Source: Escherichia coli
Lineage (GTDB): Bacteria > Pseudomonadota > Gammaproteobacteria > Enterobacterales > Enterobacteriaceae
NCBI RefSeq assembly: GCF_024502345.1
Contig: NZ_JALDNN010000001.1
DNA length: 64,000 bases
Strand: one strand, 5' to 3'
Shown here: one piece after another, positions 25,225-36,980 of the stretch
How positions within the stretch are numbered: position 1 is the stretch's first letter
How the letters are laid out: each line of letters opens with the position of its first letter
Made by a program: the position numbers and the translations under genes
The notes under the pieces: model-generated
Seen by the model: the letters and a program-made list of their open reading frames with translations, nothing else
Told to the model about the DNA's origin: nothing
Databases searched by the model: none

Positions 25225-26043
25225 ATGACCACACGCGTGATTGCTCTCGACTTAGACGGCACCTTATTGACCCCGAAAAAGACCTTGCTTCCATCATCGA
25301 TAGAAGCCCTGGCCCGCGCTCGCGAAGCAGGCTATCAATTAATCATCGTCACAGGTCGCCATCACGTCGCTATTCATCCTTTTTATCAGGCGCTGGCGCT
25401 GGATACACCTGCTATTTGCTGTAATGGCACCTATTTGTATGATTATCATGCAAAAACCGTGCTGGAAGCGGACCCAATGCCCGTTAATAAAGCCCTGCAA
25501 CTCATTGAGATGCTGAATGAACACCACATTCACGGTCTGATGTATGTCGATGATGCAATGGTCTATGAGCACCCGACCGGGCATGTCATTCGCACGTCTA
25601 ACTGGGCGCAAACCCTGCCGCCGGAACAGCGTCCGACTTTCACACAAGTCGCTTCTCTGGCTGAAACGGCGCAACAAGTTAACGCCGTATGGAAGTTCGC
25701 CCTGACGCACGATGACCTGCCGCAATTGCAGCATTTTGGTAAGCATGTCGAACATGAACTGGGACTGGAGTGTGAATGGTCCTGGCACGATCAGGTTGAT
25801 ATTACACGCGGCGGCAACAGCAAAGGTAAACGTTTGACGAAATGGGTTGAGGCGCAAGGCTGGTCGATGGAAAACGTCGTGGCGTTCGGCGATAACTTTA
25901 ATGATATCAGTATGCTGGAAGCCGCTGGTACAGGCGTGGCGATGGGCAACGCCGATGACGCGGTAAAAGCGCGCGCCAACATTGTGATTGGTGATAACAC
26001 CACCGACAGCATTGCCCAGTTCATTTATAGCCACCTGATTTAA
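25225..26043 (+). CDS. ybhA: HAD-family sugar/pyridoxal phosphate phosphatase YbhA
   Basis: HAD motif I (IALDLDGTL) immediately after start MTTRV; 272 aa. Confidence 0.9.
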   Translation: MTTRVIALDLDGTLLTPKKTLLPSSIEALARAREAGYQLIIVTGRHHVAIHPFYQALALDTPAICCNGTYLYDYHAKTVLEADPMPVNKALQLIEMLNEHHIHGLMYVDDAMVYEHPTGHVIRTSNWAQTLPPEQRPTFTQVASLAETAQQVNAVWKFALTHDDLPQLQHFGKHVEHELGLECEWSWHDQVDITRGGNSKGKRLTKWVEAQGWSMENVVAFGDNFNDISMLEAAGTGVAMGNADDAVKARANIVIGDNTTDSIAQFIYSHLI

Positions 26044-27102
26044 TCAGGCGGTTATCGACACACTTTTAATTTGCGCGTACAGCCACAGGCCAGGTTTGAT
26101 CGCCAGTTCATCCCTGGCCCACGGGCTGATACGCGCCCACAGCGTTTTACCGCCGACTTCCAGTTCCACTTCCACCTGGCCGTTGTCGTCATAACTATTA
26201 ACAACTTTTGCCCGCAATACGTTACGAATGCTGGTTTGCTGCGGCGGTTGTAAAACCAGAGAAACATCGGAAGCCTGAATGCGGATACGTAGCGCAGCTT
26301 GCAGCGGTTCGTCCAGCTTATTGACCCACAAATGCTGATCGCCCAGCGCCAGCGCGGTCATCGCGTAATGCGGATGATGCTCAAGCACCGTCACTTTCAG
26401 AATGCTACTTTGTTGCTCTTTCGGCAGCCACGGATTCATCACGCTACTACCCCAGACTTCTTCCAGCGCGCCAAAGGCTTTCACCTGACCGTTTTCCAGT
26501 ACCATCACTCTGTCTGCCAGATGGAGGATCTCATCCAGCGAATGGCTGACATACAACATCGGGATGTTGATTTCCCGCGTCAGACGTTGCAGATAAGGCA
26601 ACAGTTCGCGTTTACGCGGAATATCCAGTGACGCCAGCGGTTCATCCAGCAACAGCAATTCTGGTGCCGTCAGCAAAGCCCGCCCAATCGCTACGCGCTG
26701 TTTTTCGCCTCCGGACAGGCTGCCTGGTAAACGGTCAAGCAACGGTTCAATGCCTAAAAGCGCCAGCAGCTTATCGAACTGATCGACCATGCTTTTCGCC
26801 ATGCCGTAGCGCAGATTGCCACGCACTTTGTAATGCGGGAACAGCCGCGCATCCTGAAAAACATAGCCAACGCGACGCTTTTCCGGCGTCAGGCAGATAC
26901 CTTTTTCGGCATCATTTAGTACCCGCCCATTGAGGACAATCCGCCCTTTTTGCGGGCGCGTCAGTCCACTGATGGCGTTAATCAGCGAAGTTTTTCCGGC
27001 ACCGGAGACGCCAAAGATAGCAGTGATGCCATTGGCGGGCAGCGTTTCATTAATGGTCAGGCAATGGTTGCCCAACGTCTGGGAAAAATTCAGTTCCAGC
27101 AT
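26044..27102 (-). CDS. modC: Molybdate ABC transporter ATP-binding protein
   Basis: Walker [12 protein letters not shown] signature LSGGEKQR, C-terminal Mop/TOBE domain. Confidence 0.95.
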   Translation of the reverse strand: MLELNFSQTLGNHCLTINETLPANGITAIFGVSGAGKTSLINAISGLTRPQKGRIVLNGRVLNDAEKGICLTPEKRRVGYVFQDARLFPHYKVRGNLRYGMAKSMVDQFDKLLALLGIEPLLDRLPGSLSGGEKQRVAIGRALLTAPELLLLDEPLASLDIPRKRELLPYLQRLTREINIPMLYVSHSLDEILHLADRVMVLENGQVKAFGALEEVWGSSVMNPWLPKEQQSSILKVTVLEHHPHYAMTALALGDQHLWVNKLDEPLQAALRIRIQASDVSLVLQPPQQTSIRNVLRAKVVNSYDDNGQVEVELEVGGKTLWARISPWARDELAIKPGLWLYAQIKSVSITA

Positions 27103-27104
27103 GA

Positions 27105-27794
27105 TTAGCGCCCCGCCCGTTCACGGCTGATTCTGGCCAGCCATTCTGAAATCAACAGGGAGATCATCGCCAGTGCAATAGAAATAATGCACAGTCTCGC
27201 CGCTCCACTTTCCCCGCCGGGGGTCTGGATCAGGGTATACATGGCAGAAGGAATGGTTCGCGTTTCACCAGGAATGTTCGACACAAAGGTGATGGTTGCA
27301 CCAAACTCACCGAGAGAACGAGCAAAAGCCAGTACCGTACCAACAATAATGCCCGGTAATGTCAGCGGTAACGTGATAGTAAAGAAAACGCGCCAGCGCC
27401 CGGCCCCCAGTGTTCTTGCGGCCTGTTCCAGTTTGACATCAACCCCTTCCAGCGCCAGACGAATTGCCCGCACCATCAGCGGAAACGACATGACGGCGGC
27501 AGCGAGAACCGCGCCGCGCCAGCTAAAGGCGAAGGTAATACCAAACCAGTCATACAGACGTTCACCGATAAATCCGCGCCGTCCCATCGAAACTAATAAT
27601 AAGTAACCGACGACCACGGGCGGTAACACCAGCGGTAGATGCAGTACGCTGTCGAGCAGAGCTTTGCCCGGAAACGTGCATCGCACCAGTAACCAGGCAA
27701 AAAAGATCCCAAACGGCAGGCTAAACAGCACAGCCAGGGAAGAAACTTTCAGGCTTAATAAAACTGCCTGCCATTCTGGATCGGTCAGTATCAT
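27105..27794 (-). CDS. modB: Molybdate ABC transporter permease
   Basis: 229 aa permease in operon position. Confidence 0.95.
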   Translation of the reverse strand: MILTDPEWQAVLLSLKVSSLAVLFSLPFGIFFAWLLVRCTFPGKALLDSVLHLPLVLPPVVVGYLLLVSMGRRGFIGERLYDWFGITFAFSWRGAVLAAAVMSFPLMVRAIRLALEGVDVKLEQAARTLGAGRWRVFFTITLPLTLPGIIVGTVLAFARSLGEFGATITFVSNIPGETRTIPSAMYTLIQTPGGESGAARLCIISIALAMISLLISEWLARISRERAGR

Positions 27795-28567
27795 TACTTG
27801 GTTGTAAATCCGTAACGTTTAAAGATTTCCGCTGCCTGCGGTCCCTTCAGATAATCATAAAATGCTTTCACTGTCGCATTGTTATGCCCTTCCACAACAG
27901 CAACCGGATATTCCACTTTTTTATGTGAATCTTCCGGGAAGGTGGCAACCACTTTTACCCCTTTGCTGGCAACTGCGTCAGAACCGTAAACAATACCCAA
28001 CGGCGCTTCATTGCGTTCGACCAACGCCAGCGCGCCACGAACATCTTCCGCCGGAGCCAGTTTCGGGGAGAGCGTATCCCATGCGCCCAGTTTTTGCAGT
28101 GCTTCTTTTGCATAAATGCCAGCAGGGACATGTTCCGGATCGCCAACCGCGAGGCGACCGCCATTCAGCAGCGAAGTCCAGTTAGTTTTGCTGTCGATGA
28201 TGAAATCTTTCTGCTCGCTGGCTTTCGGTGCTACAACGACCAGGCTATTGCCGAGCAGTGTCTGGCGCGAAGCCGTATCGATCGCTTTTTTATCAACCGC
28301 ATAATCCATCCATTTCTGATCGGCAGAAATAAACAGATCCGCAGGCGCACCCGCTTCAATCTGACGGGCGAGTGTAGATGACGAAGCGAAAGAAGAAACC
28401 ACATCCACGCCTTTCTCTTTTTTATACTGCGTAGCAATGTCCTGCATTGCGTTAGTCAGTGATGCGGCGGCGAACACCGTGATTTTCCCTTCATCTGCCA
28501 GTGCATTGCCAGCAACAGCGAAAGAGAGTGCCGCCCCGGCAAACAAGTTCAACCATTTACGAGCCAT
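27794..28567 (-). CDS. modA: Molybdate-binding periplasmic protein
   Basis: 257 aa with signal peptide; first gene of modABC. Confidence 0.95.
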   Translation of the reverse strand: MARKWLNLFAGAALSFAVAGNALADEGKITVFAAASLTNAMQDIATQYKKEKGVDVVSSFASSSTLARQIEAGAPADLFISADQKWMDYAVDKKAIDTASRQTLLGNSLVVVAPKASEQKDFIIDSKTNWTSLLNGGRLAVGDPEHVPAGIYAKEALQKLGAWDTLSPKLAPAEDVRGALALVERNEAPLGIVYGSDAVASKGVKVVATFPEDSHKKVEYPVAVVEGHNNATVKAFYDYLKGPQAAEIFKRYGFTTK

Positions 28568-28575
28568 TGGTAACC

Positions 28576-28610
28576 CCTTAATGTAACGTTATGTAGGCGA
28601 CAATATAACG
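28576..28610 (-). promoter_or_regulatory. ModE operator at the modA promoter
   Basis: Minus strand reads cgttatattgtcgcctacataacgttacattaagg, matching the remembered ModE site (CGTTATATT / TACAT). Confidence 0.8.
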
Positions 28611-28693
28611 ACTAACTCGGAATTTTCCCAGCAGTTATTGCTAACCTTTGTGAGGTAGATAAGAAAAAATATCGGCAGGAAAAGCAGGAAGTT

Positions 28694-28726
28694 GAGAAAA
28701 AGAAAATGCCCGACTAAGCGGGCATT
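28694..28726 (-). terminator. Rho-independent terminator downstream of acrZ
   Basis: Hairpin aatgcccgcttagtcgggcatt followed by TTTTCTTTTT on minus strand. Confidence 0.65.
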
Positions 28727-28733
28727 CAGGGAA

Positions 28734-28901
<168 letters not shown>

Positions 28902-29011
28902 TCATGAGACTATTCTAACCGCTAAGCACAGAAAAGCACTCCCCTTTTGTGCGGTCAGCTTTGCGTGGCGTTCGTTTTCCGTCACAATAAGACTTTTGCC
29001 AGGACATTGTT

Positions 29012-29800
29012 ATGCAGGCCGAAATCCTTCTCACCCTTAAGCTCCAACAAAAATTATTCGCCGACCCGCGCCGCATTTCGCTACTAAAACACATTGCGCT
29101 TTCCGGTTCCATTAGCCAGGGAGCGAAAGATGCCGGTATCAGCTATAAAAGCGCCTGGGATGCCATTAACGAGATGAATCAGTTAAGTGAGCATATTCTG
29201 GTCGAGCGCGCAACAGGCGGTAAAGGTGGCGGCGGCGCAGTACTGACCCGCTATGGTCAGCAACTGATTCAGCTCTATGACTTACTGGCGCAAATCCAGC
29301 AAAAAGCCTTTGATGTGTTAAGTGACGATGACGCCCTGCCGCTGAACAGCCTGCTGGCCGCGATCTCACGTTTTTCACTGCAAACCAGCGCCCGTAACCA
29401 GTGGTTCGGCACCATCACCGCCCGCGATCATGATGACGTTCAACAGCATGTTGATGTCTTACTGGCTGACGGAAAAACACGCCTGAAAGTCGCAATTACC
29501 GCACAAAGCGGCGCGCGTCTGGGGCTGGATGAAGGCAAAGAAGTGTTGATATTGCTAAAAGCGCCGTGGGTAGGCATTACTCAGGACGAAGCGGTCGCGC
29601 AAAACGCTGACAACCAATTACCGGGTATTATTAGTCATATTGAGCGCGGCGCAGAGCAGTGCGAAGTATTAATGGCGCTACCGGACGGGCAAACACTGTG
29701 CGCCACAGTGCCGGTAAATGAAGCGACTTCTCTTCAGCAAGGACAGAATGTCACGGCCTACTTTAATGCCGACAGCGTGATTATCGCCACGCTGTGCTAA
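29012..29800 (+). CDS. modE: Molybdate-responsive transcriptional regulator ModE
   Basis: 262 aa; N-terminal HTH plus tandem Mop domains. Confidence 0.95.
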   Translation: MQAEILLTLKLQQKLFADPRRISLLKHIALSGSISQGAKDAGISYKSAWDAINEMNQLSEHILVERATGGKGGGGAVLTRYGQQLIQLYDLLAQIQQKAFDVLSDDDALPLNSLLAAISRFSLQTSARNQWFGTITARDHDDVQQHVDVLLADGKTRLKVAITAQSGARLGLDEGKEVLILLKAPWVGITQDEAVAQNADNQLPGIISHIERGAEQCEVLMALPDGQTLCATVPVNEATSLQQGQNVTAYFNADSVIIATLC

Positions 29801-29867
29801 GCGTGTTGACAATTTGTTATGAAACACGTATCCCTGTCAGTAATCGCTGCACAAAATGGGATATAAA

Positions 29868-31340
29868 ATGTCATCGTTGCAAATTTTGCAAGGCACGTTT
29901 CGTCTTAGCGACACAAAAACGCTGCAATTGCCTCAGCTAACGTTAAACGCGGGTGATAGTTGGGCGTTTGTCGGTTCGAATGGAAGCGGGAAATCGGCCC
30001 TGGCCCGCGCGCTGGCGGGGGAACTTCCGCTTTTGAAAGGTGAACGGCAAAGCCAGTTTTCCCACATCACTCGTCTCTCCTTCGAGCAATTGCAAAAGCT
30101 CGTCAGCGACGAATGGCAGCGCAATAACACCGATATGCTCGGCCCTGGCGAAGATGACACCGGGCGTACCACGGCTGAGATCATTCAGGATGAAGTTAAG
30201 GATGCACAGCGTTGCACGCAGCTGGCGCAGCAGTTCGGTATTACCGCCCTCCTCGACCGACGCTTTAAATACCTTTCCACTGGTGAAACGCGTAAAACCC
30301 TGCTCTGTCAGGCACTGATGTCGGAGCCTGACTTATTGATTCTTGATGAACCGTTCGATGGTCTGGATGTTGCCTCACGTCAGCAGTTGGCTGAGCTACT
30401 CGCCTCGTTACATCAGTCCGGTATTACCCTGGTACTGGTGCTCAATCGCTTCGATGAGATCCCGGAATTTGTCCAGTTTGCTGGCGTGCTGGCGGATTGC
30501 ACGTTAGCGGAAACGGGCGCTAAAGAGGAACTGCTCCAGCAAGCACTCGTCGCGCAACTGGCACATAGCGAACGGCTTGATGGCGTGCAACTGCCGGAAC
30601 CAGATGAACCTTCAGCACGTCACGCCTTACCCACCAACGAACCGCGCATTGTGCTGAATAATGGCGTGGTTTCTTATAATGATCGCCCCATTCTTAATAA
30701 CCTTAGCTGGCAGGTGAATCCTGGCGAGCACTGGCAAATTGTCGGACCAAATGGTGCGGGAAAATCGACGTTATTAAGCCTGATTACTGGCGATCATCCG
30801 CAAGGTTACAGCAACGATTTGACGCTTTTCGGACGACGTCGTGGCAGCGGCGAAACCATCTGGGATATCAAAAAGCATATCGGTTACGTCAGCAGTAGTT
30901 TGCATCTGGATTACCGGGTCAGTACTACTGTGCGTAATGTGATTCTTTCTGGCTATTTTGATTCGATTGGCATTTATCAGGCCGTTTCGGATCGCCAGCA
31001 AAAACTGGTGCAGCAGTGGCTGGATATTCTCGGCATTGATAAACGCACGGCTGACGCTCCGTTCCATAGTCTTTCCTGGGGACAGCAGCGTCTGGCGCTG
31101 ATTGTCCGCGCACTGGTGAAACATCCGACGTTGCTTATTCTCGATGAACCACTACAGGGGCTTGATCCGCTCAATCGCCAGCTTATCCGCCGTTTTGTTG
31201 ATGTGCTGATTAGCGAAGGTGAAACGCAATTGTTGTTTGTTTCGCACCACGCTGAAGATGCGCCTGCCTGTATTACCCATCGTCTTGAGTTCGTGCCGGA
31301 CGGTGGACTCTATCGCTATGTGCTGACAAAAATATATTGA
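29868..31340 (+). CDS. modF: ABC-family ATPase ModF (two NBDs)
   Basis: Two Walker A motifs (GSNGSGKS, GPNGAGKS); start at MSSLQILQG. Confidence 0.93.
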   Translation: MSSLQILQGTFRLSDTKTLQLPQLTLNAGDSWAFVGSNGSGKSALARALAGELPLLKGERQSQFSHITRLSFEQLQKLVSDEWQRNNTDMLGPGEDDTGRTTAEIIQDEVKDAQRCTQLAQQFGITALLDRRFKYLSTGETRKTLLCQALMSEPDLLILDEPFDGLDVASRQQLAELLASLHQSGITLVLVLNRFDEIPEFVQFAGVLADCTLAETGAKEELLQQALVAQLAHSERLDGVQLPEPDEPSARHALPTNEPRIVLNNGVVSYNDRPILNNLSWQVNPGEHWQIVGPNGAGKSTLLSLITGDHPQGYSNDLTLFGRRRGSGETIWDIKKHIGYVSSSLHLDYRVSTTVRNVILSGYFDSIGIYQAVSDRQQKLVQQWLDILGIDKRTADAPFHSLSWGQQRLALIVRALVKHPTLLILDEPLQGLDPLNRQLIRRFVDVLISEGETQLLFVSHHAEDAPACITHRLEFVPDGGLYRYVLTKIY

Positions 31341-31395
31341 GTCGGTAGTGCTGACCCTGCCGGAGGCGGCCTAAGCGCCCTCTCCGGCCAACGGT

Positions 31396-31430
31396 TCGAC
31401 GCATGCAGGCATGAAACCGCGTCTTTTTTT
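31396..31430 (+). terminator. Candidate terminator after modF
   Basis: Stem gacgc..gcgtc followed by T7 run; weak stem, low confidence. Confidence 0.4.
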
Positions 31431-31507
31431 CAGATAAAAAGCGCAATCATTCATAAACCCTCTGTTTTATAATCACTTAATCGCACATAAAAAATGGCTA
31501 AACTCTT

Positions 31508-31523
31508 GTGTAAACGATTCCAC
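31508..31523. promoter_or_regulatory. gal external operator OE (GalR/GalS)
   Basis: gtgtaaacgattccac matches the remembered gal OE sequence. Confidence 0.85.
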
Positions 31524-31590
31524 TAATTTATTCCATGTCACACTTTTCGCATCTTTGTTATGCTATGGTTATTTCATACCATAAGCCTAA
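31524..31590 (+). promoter_or_regulatory. gal P1/P2 promoter region with CRP site
   Basis: ttattccatgtcacactttt (CRP half-site TCACA), extended -10 tatgctatggtta upstream of galE. Confidence 0.7.
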
Positions 31591-31601
31591 TGGAGCGAAT
31601 T

Positions 31602-32618
31602 ATGAGAGTTCTGGTTACCGGTGGTAGCGGTTACATTGGAAGTCATACCTGCGTGCAACTACTGCAAAACGGTCATGATGTCATCATTCTTGATAACCTC
31701 TGTAACAGTAAGCGCAGCGTACTGCCTGTTATCGAGCGTTTAGGCGGCAAACATCCAACGTTTGTTGAAGGCGATATCCGTAACGAAGCGTTGATGACCG
31801 AGATCCTGCACGATCACGCTATCGACACCGTGATCCACTTCGCCGGGCTGAAAGCCGTTGGCGAATCGGTACAAAAACCGCTGGAATATTACGACAACAA
31901 TGTCAACGGTACTCTGCGCCTGATTAGCGCCATGCGCGCCGCTAACGTCAAAAACTTTATTTTTAGCTCCTCCGCCACCGTTTATGGCGATCAGCCCAAA
32001 ATTCCATACGTTGAAAGCTTCCCGACCGGCACACCGCAAAGCCCTTACGGCAAAAGCAAGCTGATGGTGGAACAGATCCTCACCGATCTGCAAAAAGCCC
32101 AGCCGGACTGGAGCATTGCCCTGCTGCGCTACTTCAACCCGGTTGGCGCGCATCCGTCGGGCGATATGGGCGAAGATCCGCAAGGCATTCCGAATAACCT
32201 GATGCCATACATCGCCCAGGTTGCTGTAGGCCGTCGCGACTCGCTGGCGATTTTTGGTAACGATTATCCGACCGAAGACGGTACTGGCGTACGCGATTAC
32301 ATCCACGTAATGGATCTGGCGGACGGTCACGTCGTGGCGATGGAAAAACTGGCGAACAAGCCAGGCGTACACATCTACAACCTCGGTGCTGGCGTAGGCA
32401 GCAGCGTGCTGGACGTGGTTAATGCCTTCAGCAAAGCCTGCGGCAAACCAGTTAACTATCATTTTGCACCGCGTCGCGAGGGCGACCTTCCGGCCTACTG
32501 GGCGGACGCCAGCAAAGCCGACCGTGAACTGAACTGGCGCGTAACGCGCACACTCGATGAAATGGCGCAGGACACCTGGCACTGGCAGTCACGCCATCCA
32601 CAGGGATATCCCGATTAA
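31602..32618 (+). CDS. galE: UDP-glucose 4-epimerase
   Basis: 338 aa from MRVLVTGGSGYIGSH (Rossmann GxxGxxG). Confidence 0.97.
   Translation: MRVLVTGGSGYIGSHTCVQLLQNGHDVIILDNLCNSKRSVLPVIERLGGKHPTFVEGDIRNEALMTEILHDHAIDTVIHFAGLKAVGESVQKPLEYYDNNVNGTLRLISAMRAANVKNFIFSSSATVYGDQPKIPYVESFPTGTPQSPYGKSKLMVEQILTDLQKAQPDWSIALLRYFNPVGAHPSGDMGEDPQGIPNNLMPYIAQVAVGRRDSLAIFGNDYPTEDGTGVRDYIHVMDLADGHVVAMEKLANKPGVHIYNLGAGVGSSVLDVVNAFSKACGKPVNYHFAPRREGDLPAYWADASKADRELNWRVTRTLDEMAQDTWHWQSRHPQGYPD
31621..31636. promoter_or_regulatory. gal internal operator OI
   Basis: gtggtagcggttacat inside the galE 5' coding region. Confidence 0.85.
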
Positions 32619-32627
32619 GGAACGACC

Positions 32628-33674
32628 ATGACGCAATTTAATCCCGTTGATCATCCACATCGCCGCTACAACCCGCTCACCGGGCAATGGATTCTGGTTT
32701 CACCGCACCGCGCTAAGCGCCCCTGGCAGGGGGCGCAGGAAACGCCAGCCAAACAGGTGTTACCTGCGCACGATCCAGATTGCTTCCTCTGCGCAGGTAA
32801 TGTGCGGGTGACAGGCGATAAAAACCCCGATTACACCGGGACTTACGTTTTCACTAATGACTTTGCGGCCTTAATGTCTGACACGCCAGATGCGCCAGAA
32901 AGCAACGATCCGCTGATGCGTTGCCAGAGCGCGCGCGGTACCAGCCGGGTGATCTGCTTTTCACCGGATCACAGTAAAACGCTGCCAGAGCTAAGTGTTG
33001 CGGCATTGACGGAAATCGTCAAAACCTGGCAGGAGCAAACCGCAGAACTGGGGAAAACGTACCCATGGGTGCAGGTCTTTGAAAACAAAGGCGCGGCGAT
33101 GGGCTGCTCTAACCCGCATCCGCACGGACAGGTTTGGGCAAATAGCTTCCTGCCTAACGAAGCTGAGCGCGAAGACCGCCTGCAAAAAGAATATTTTGCC
33201 GAGCAGAAATCACCAATGCTGGTGGATTATGTTCAGCGCGAGCTGGCAGACGGTAGCCGTACCGTTGTCGAAACCGAACACTGGTTAGCCGTAGTGCCTT
33301 ACTGGGCTGCCTGGCCGTTCGAAACGCTACTGCTGCCCAAAGCCCACGTTTTACGGATCACCGATTTGACCGACGCCCAGCGCAGCGATCTGGCGCTGGC
33401 GTTGAAAAAGCTGACCAGTCGTTATGACAACCTCTTCCAGTGCTCCTTCCCCTACTCTATGGGCTGGCACGGCGCGCCATTTAATGGCGAAGAGAATCAA
33501 CACTGGCAGCTGCACGCGCACTTTTATCCGCCTCTGTTGCGCTCCGCCACCGTACGTAAATTTATGGTTGGTTATGAAATGCTGGCAGAAACCCAGCGAG
33601 ACCTGACCGCAGAACAGGCAGCAGAGCGTTTGCGCGCAGTCAGCGATATCCATTTTCGCGAATCCGGAGTGTAA
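32628..33674 (+). CDS. galT: Galactose-1-phosphate uridylyltransferase
   Basis: 348 aa; HPHGQ active-site motif. Confidence 0.97.
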   Translation: MTQFNPVDHPHRRYNPLTGQWILVSPHRAKRPWQGAQETPAKQVLPAHDPDCFLCAGNVRVTGDKNPDYTGTYVFTNDFAALMSDTPDAPESNDPLMRCQSARGTSRVICFSPDHSKTLPELSVAALTEIVKTWQEQTAELGKTYPWVQVFENKGAAMGCSNPHPHGQVWANSFLPNEAEREDRLQKEYFAEQKSPMLVDYVQRELADGSRTVVETEHWLAVVPYWAAWPFETLLLPKAHVLRITDLTDAQRSDLALALKKLTSRYDNLFQCSFPYSMGWHGAPFNGEENQHWQLHAHFYPPLLRSATVRKFMVGYEMLAETQRDLTAEQAAERLRAVSDIHFRESGV

Positions 33675-33677
33675 GAA

Positions 33678-34826
33678 ATGAGTCTGAAAGAAAAAACGCA
33701 ATCTCTGTTTGCCAACGCATTTGGCTACCCTGCCACTCACACCATTCAGGCGCCTGGCCGCGTGAATTTGATTGGTGAACACACCGACTACAACGACGGT
33801 TTCGTTCTGCCCTGCGCCATTGATTATCAAACCGTGATCAGTTGTGCGCCACGCGATGACCGTAAAGTTCGCGTAATGGCAGCCGATTATGAAAATCAGC
33901 TCGACGAGTTTTCCCTCGATGCGCCCATTGTCGCGCATGAAAACTATCAATGGGCGAACTACGTTCGTGGCGTGGTGAAACATCTGCAACTGCGTAACAA
34001 CAGCTTCGGCGGTGTGGACATGGTGATCAGCGGCAATGTGCCGCAGGGTGCCGGGTTAAGTTCTTCCGCTTCACTGGAAGTCGCGGTCGGAACCGTATTG
34101 CAGCAGCTTTATCATCTGCCGCTGGACGGCGCACAAATCGCGCTTAACGGTCAGGAAGCAGAAAACCAGTTTGTTGGCTGTAACTGCGGGATCATGGATC
34201 AGCTAATTTCCGCACTCGGCAAGAAAGATCATGCCTTGCTGATTGACTGTCGCTCACTGGGGACCAAAGCAGTTTCCATGCCGAAAGGTGTGGCTGTCGT
34301 CATCATCAACAGTAACTTCAAACGTACCCTGGTTGGCAGCGAATACAACACCCGTCGTGAACAGTGCGAAACCGGTGCGCGTTTCTTCCAGCAGCCAGCT
34401 CTGCGCGATGTCACCATTGAAGAGTTCAACGCTGTTGCACATGAGCTGGACCCAATCGTGGCGAAACGCGTGCGTCATATCCTGACTGAAAACGCCCGCA
34501 CCGTTGAAGCTGCCAGTGCGCTGGAGCAAGGCGACCTGAAACGTATGGGCGAGTTGATGGCGGAGTCTCATGCCTCTATGCGCGATGATTTCGAAATCAC
34601 CGTGCCGCAAATTGACACTCTGGTAGAAATCGTCAAAGCTGTGATTGGCGACAAAGGTGGCGTACGCATGACCGGCGGCGGATTTGGCGGCTGTATCGTC
34701 GCGCTGATCCCGGAAGAGCTGGTGCCTGCCGTACAGCAAGCTGTCGCTGAACAATATGAAGCAAAAACAGGTATTAAAGAGACTTTTTACGTTTGTAAAC
34801 CATCACAAGGAGCAGGACAGTGCTGA
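33678..34826 (+). CDS. galK: Galactokinase
   Basis: 382 aa GHMP kinase ([10 protein letters not shown]). Confidence 0.97.
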
Positions 34827-35860
34827 ACGAAACTCCCGCACTGGCACCCGATGGTCAGCCGTACCGACTGTTAACTTTGCGTAACAACGCAGGGATGGTA
34901 GTCACGCTGATGGACTGGGGTGCGACTTTACTTTCAGCCCGTATTCCGCTTTCCGATGGCAGCGTCCGCGAGGCGCTGCTCGGCTGTGCCAGCCCGGAAT
35001 GCTATCAGGATCAGGCCGCGTTTCTGGGGGCCTCTATTGGTCGTTATGCCAACCGCATCGCCAATAGCCGTTATACCTTTGACGGTGAAACCGTGACGCT
35101 TTCGCCAAGTCAGGGCGTTAACCAGCTGCACGGCGGCCCGGAAGGGTTCGACAAACGTCGCTGGCAGATTGTGAACCAGAACGATCGTCAGGTGCTGTTT
35201 GCCCTGACTTCAGATGATGGCGATCAGGGCTTCCCGGGTAATCTCGGCGCGACGGTGCAATATCGTCTGACCGACGATAACCGTATCTCCATTACTTATC
35301 GCGCCACAGTTGATAAACCTTGCCCGGTGAATATGACTAATCACGTCTATTTCAATCTTGACGGCGAGCAGTCTGACGTGCGCAATCACAAGTTGCAGAT
35401 TCTGGCGGACGAATATCTGCCGGTTGATGAAGGCGGCATTCCGCACGACGGCCTGAAATCTGTCGCCGGAACGTCTTTTGATTTCCGCAGCGCCAAAATC
35501 ATCGCCAGTGAGTTTCTTGCCGACGACGATCAGCGCAAAGTGAAAGGTTACGATCACGCGTTCTTGTTACAGGCCAAAGGCGATGGCAAGAAAGTGGCGG
35601 CGCATGTCTGGTCAGCAGATGAAAAATTGCAGCTGAAGGTCTACACCACCGCTCCGGCTCTGCAATTCTACTCCGGCAACTTCCTCGGCGGCACACCGTC
35701 GCGGGGAACCGAACCTTACGCCGACTGGCAAGGGCTGGCGTTGGAAAGCGAGTTTCTGCCGGACAGCCCGAACCACCCTGAATGGCCGCAACCGGACTGC
35801 TTCCTGCATCCTGGTGAAGAGTATTCCAGCCTGACGGAATATCAGTTTATTGCTGAGTAA
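34820..35860 (+). CDS. galM: Aldose 1-epimerase (galactose mutarotase)
   Basis: 346 aa; overlaps galK end by 7 nt. Confidence 0.96.
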
Positions 35861-35864
35861 GTTT

Positions 35865-35892
35865 AAGCCCTCGCGATGAGGGCTTTCCCCTT
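35865..35892 (+). terminator. Candidate gal operon terminator
   Basis: Hairpin aagccctcgcgatgagggctt just after galM stop; poor U-tract. Confidence 0.5.
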
Positions 35893-36020
35893 GTATTGTT
35901 CAAATCACCAGCAAACACCGACATATTTGCAACTCAATATTCACAACAACCTTACACTGCGACACTATTTTCGCTATGGTTATGCGTAAGCATTGCTGTT
36001 GCTTCGTCACGGCAATATAA

Positions 36021-36040
36021 TGAGAATTATTATCATTAAA
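36021..36040. promoter_or_regulatory. Candidate Fur box upstream of gpmA
   Basis: tgagaattattatcattaaa resembles the GATAATGATAATCATTATC consensus; gpmA is reported Fur-regulated. Confidence 0.4.
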
Positions 36041-36062
36041 AGATGATTTGAGGAGTAAGTAT

Positions 36063-36815
36063 ATGGCTGTAACTAAGCTGGTTCTGGTTCGTCATGGCGA
36101 AAGTCAGTGGAACAAAGAAAACCGTTTCACCGGTTGGTACGACGTGGATCTGTCTGAGAAAGGCGTAAGCGAAGCAAAAGCAGCAGGTAAGCTGCTGAAA
36201 GAGGAAGGTTACAGCTTTGACTTTGCTTACACCTCTGTGCTGAAACGTGCTATCCATACCCTGTGGAATGTGCTGGACGAACTGGATCAGGCATGGCTGC
36301 CCGTTGAGAAATCCTGGAAACTGAACGAACGTCACTACGGTGCGTTGCAGGGTCTGAACAAAGCGGAAACTGCTGAAAAGTATGGCGACGAGCAGGTGAA
36401 ACAGTGGCGTCGTGGTTTTGCAGTGACTCCGCCGGAACTGACCAAAGATGATGAGCGTTATCCGGGTCACGATCCGCGTTACGCGAAACTAAGCGAGAAA
36501 GAGCTGCCGCTGACTGAAAGCCTGGCGCTGACTATTGACCGCGTGATCCCTTACTGGAATGAAACCATTCTGCCGCGTATGAAGAGCGGTGAGCGCGTAA
36601 TCATCGCTGCACACGGTAACTCGTTACGTGCGCTGGTGAAATATCTCGATAACATGAGCGAAGAAGAGATTCTTGAGCTGAATATCCCGACCGGCGTGCC
36701 GCTGGTTTATGAGTTTGACGAGAACTTCAAACCGCTGAAACGCTATTATCTGGGTAATGCTGACGAGATCGCGGCGAAAGCAGCAGCCGTTGCGAACCAG
36801 GGTAAAGCGAAGTAA
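36063..36815 (+). CDS. gpmA: 2,3-bisphosphoglycerate-dependent phosphoglycerate mutase
   Basis: 250 aa; RHGESQWN phosphohistidine motif. Confidence 0.95.
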
Positions 36816-36837
36816 ACGTCATTCGTTTAAAAATGAG

Positions 36838-36872
36838 AAAGCCGACTGCAAGTGAGTCGGCTTTTTTGTTTG
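36838..36872 (+). terminator. Rho-independent terminator after gpmA
   Basis: aaagccgactgcaagtgagtcggcttttttg. Confidence 0.8.
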
Positions 36873-36896
36873 TCGTCGCTAACAATGGAGCACATT

Positions 36897-36975
36897 GCCT
36901 GATGCGACGCTGCGCGTCTTGTCAGGGCTACGGTGATTCATCGGATACGCCACTCTGACGGCGCATCCGACAATT
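36897..36975. repeat. REP element(s) between gpmA and aroG
   Basis: gcctgatgcgacgctgcgcgtcttgtcagggctac REP-type palindrome plus second copy. Confidence 0.6.
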
Positions 36976-36980
36976 AAACT

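Noticed and set aside
31355-31394. Palindromic ccggaggcgg..cctctccgg element after modF as a possible REP or mobile-element end
   Set aside because: Does not match the REP consensus seen elsewhere in the window and has no second copy here; left unannotated apart from the low-confidence terminator call.
31740-32582. 280 aa ORF on the - strand
   Set aside because: Antisense to galE, which is confirmed by its Rossmann motif and operator context.
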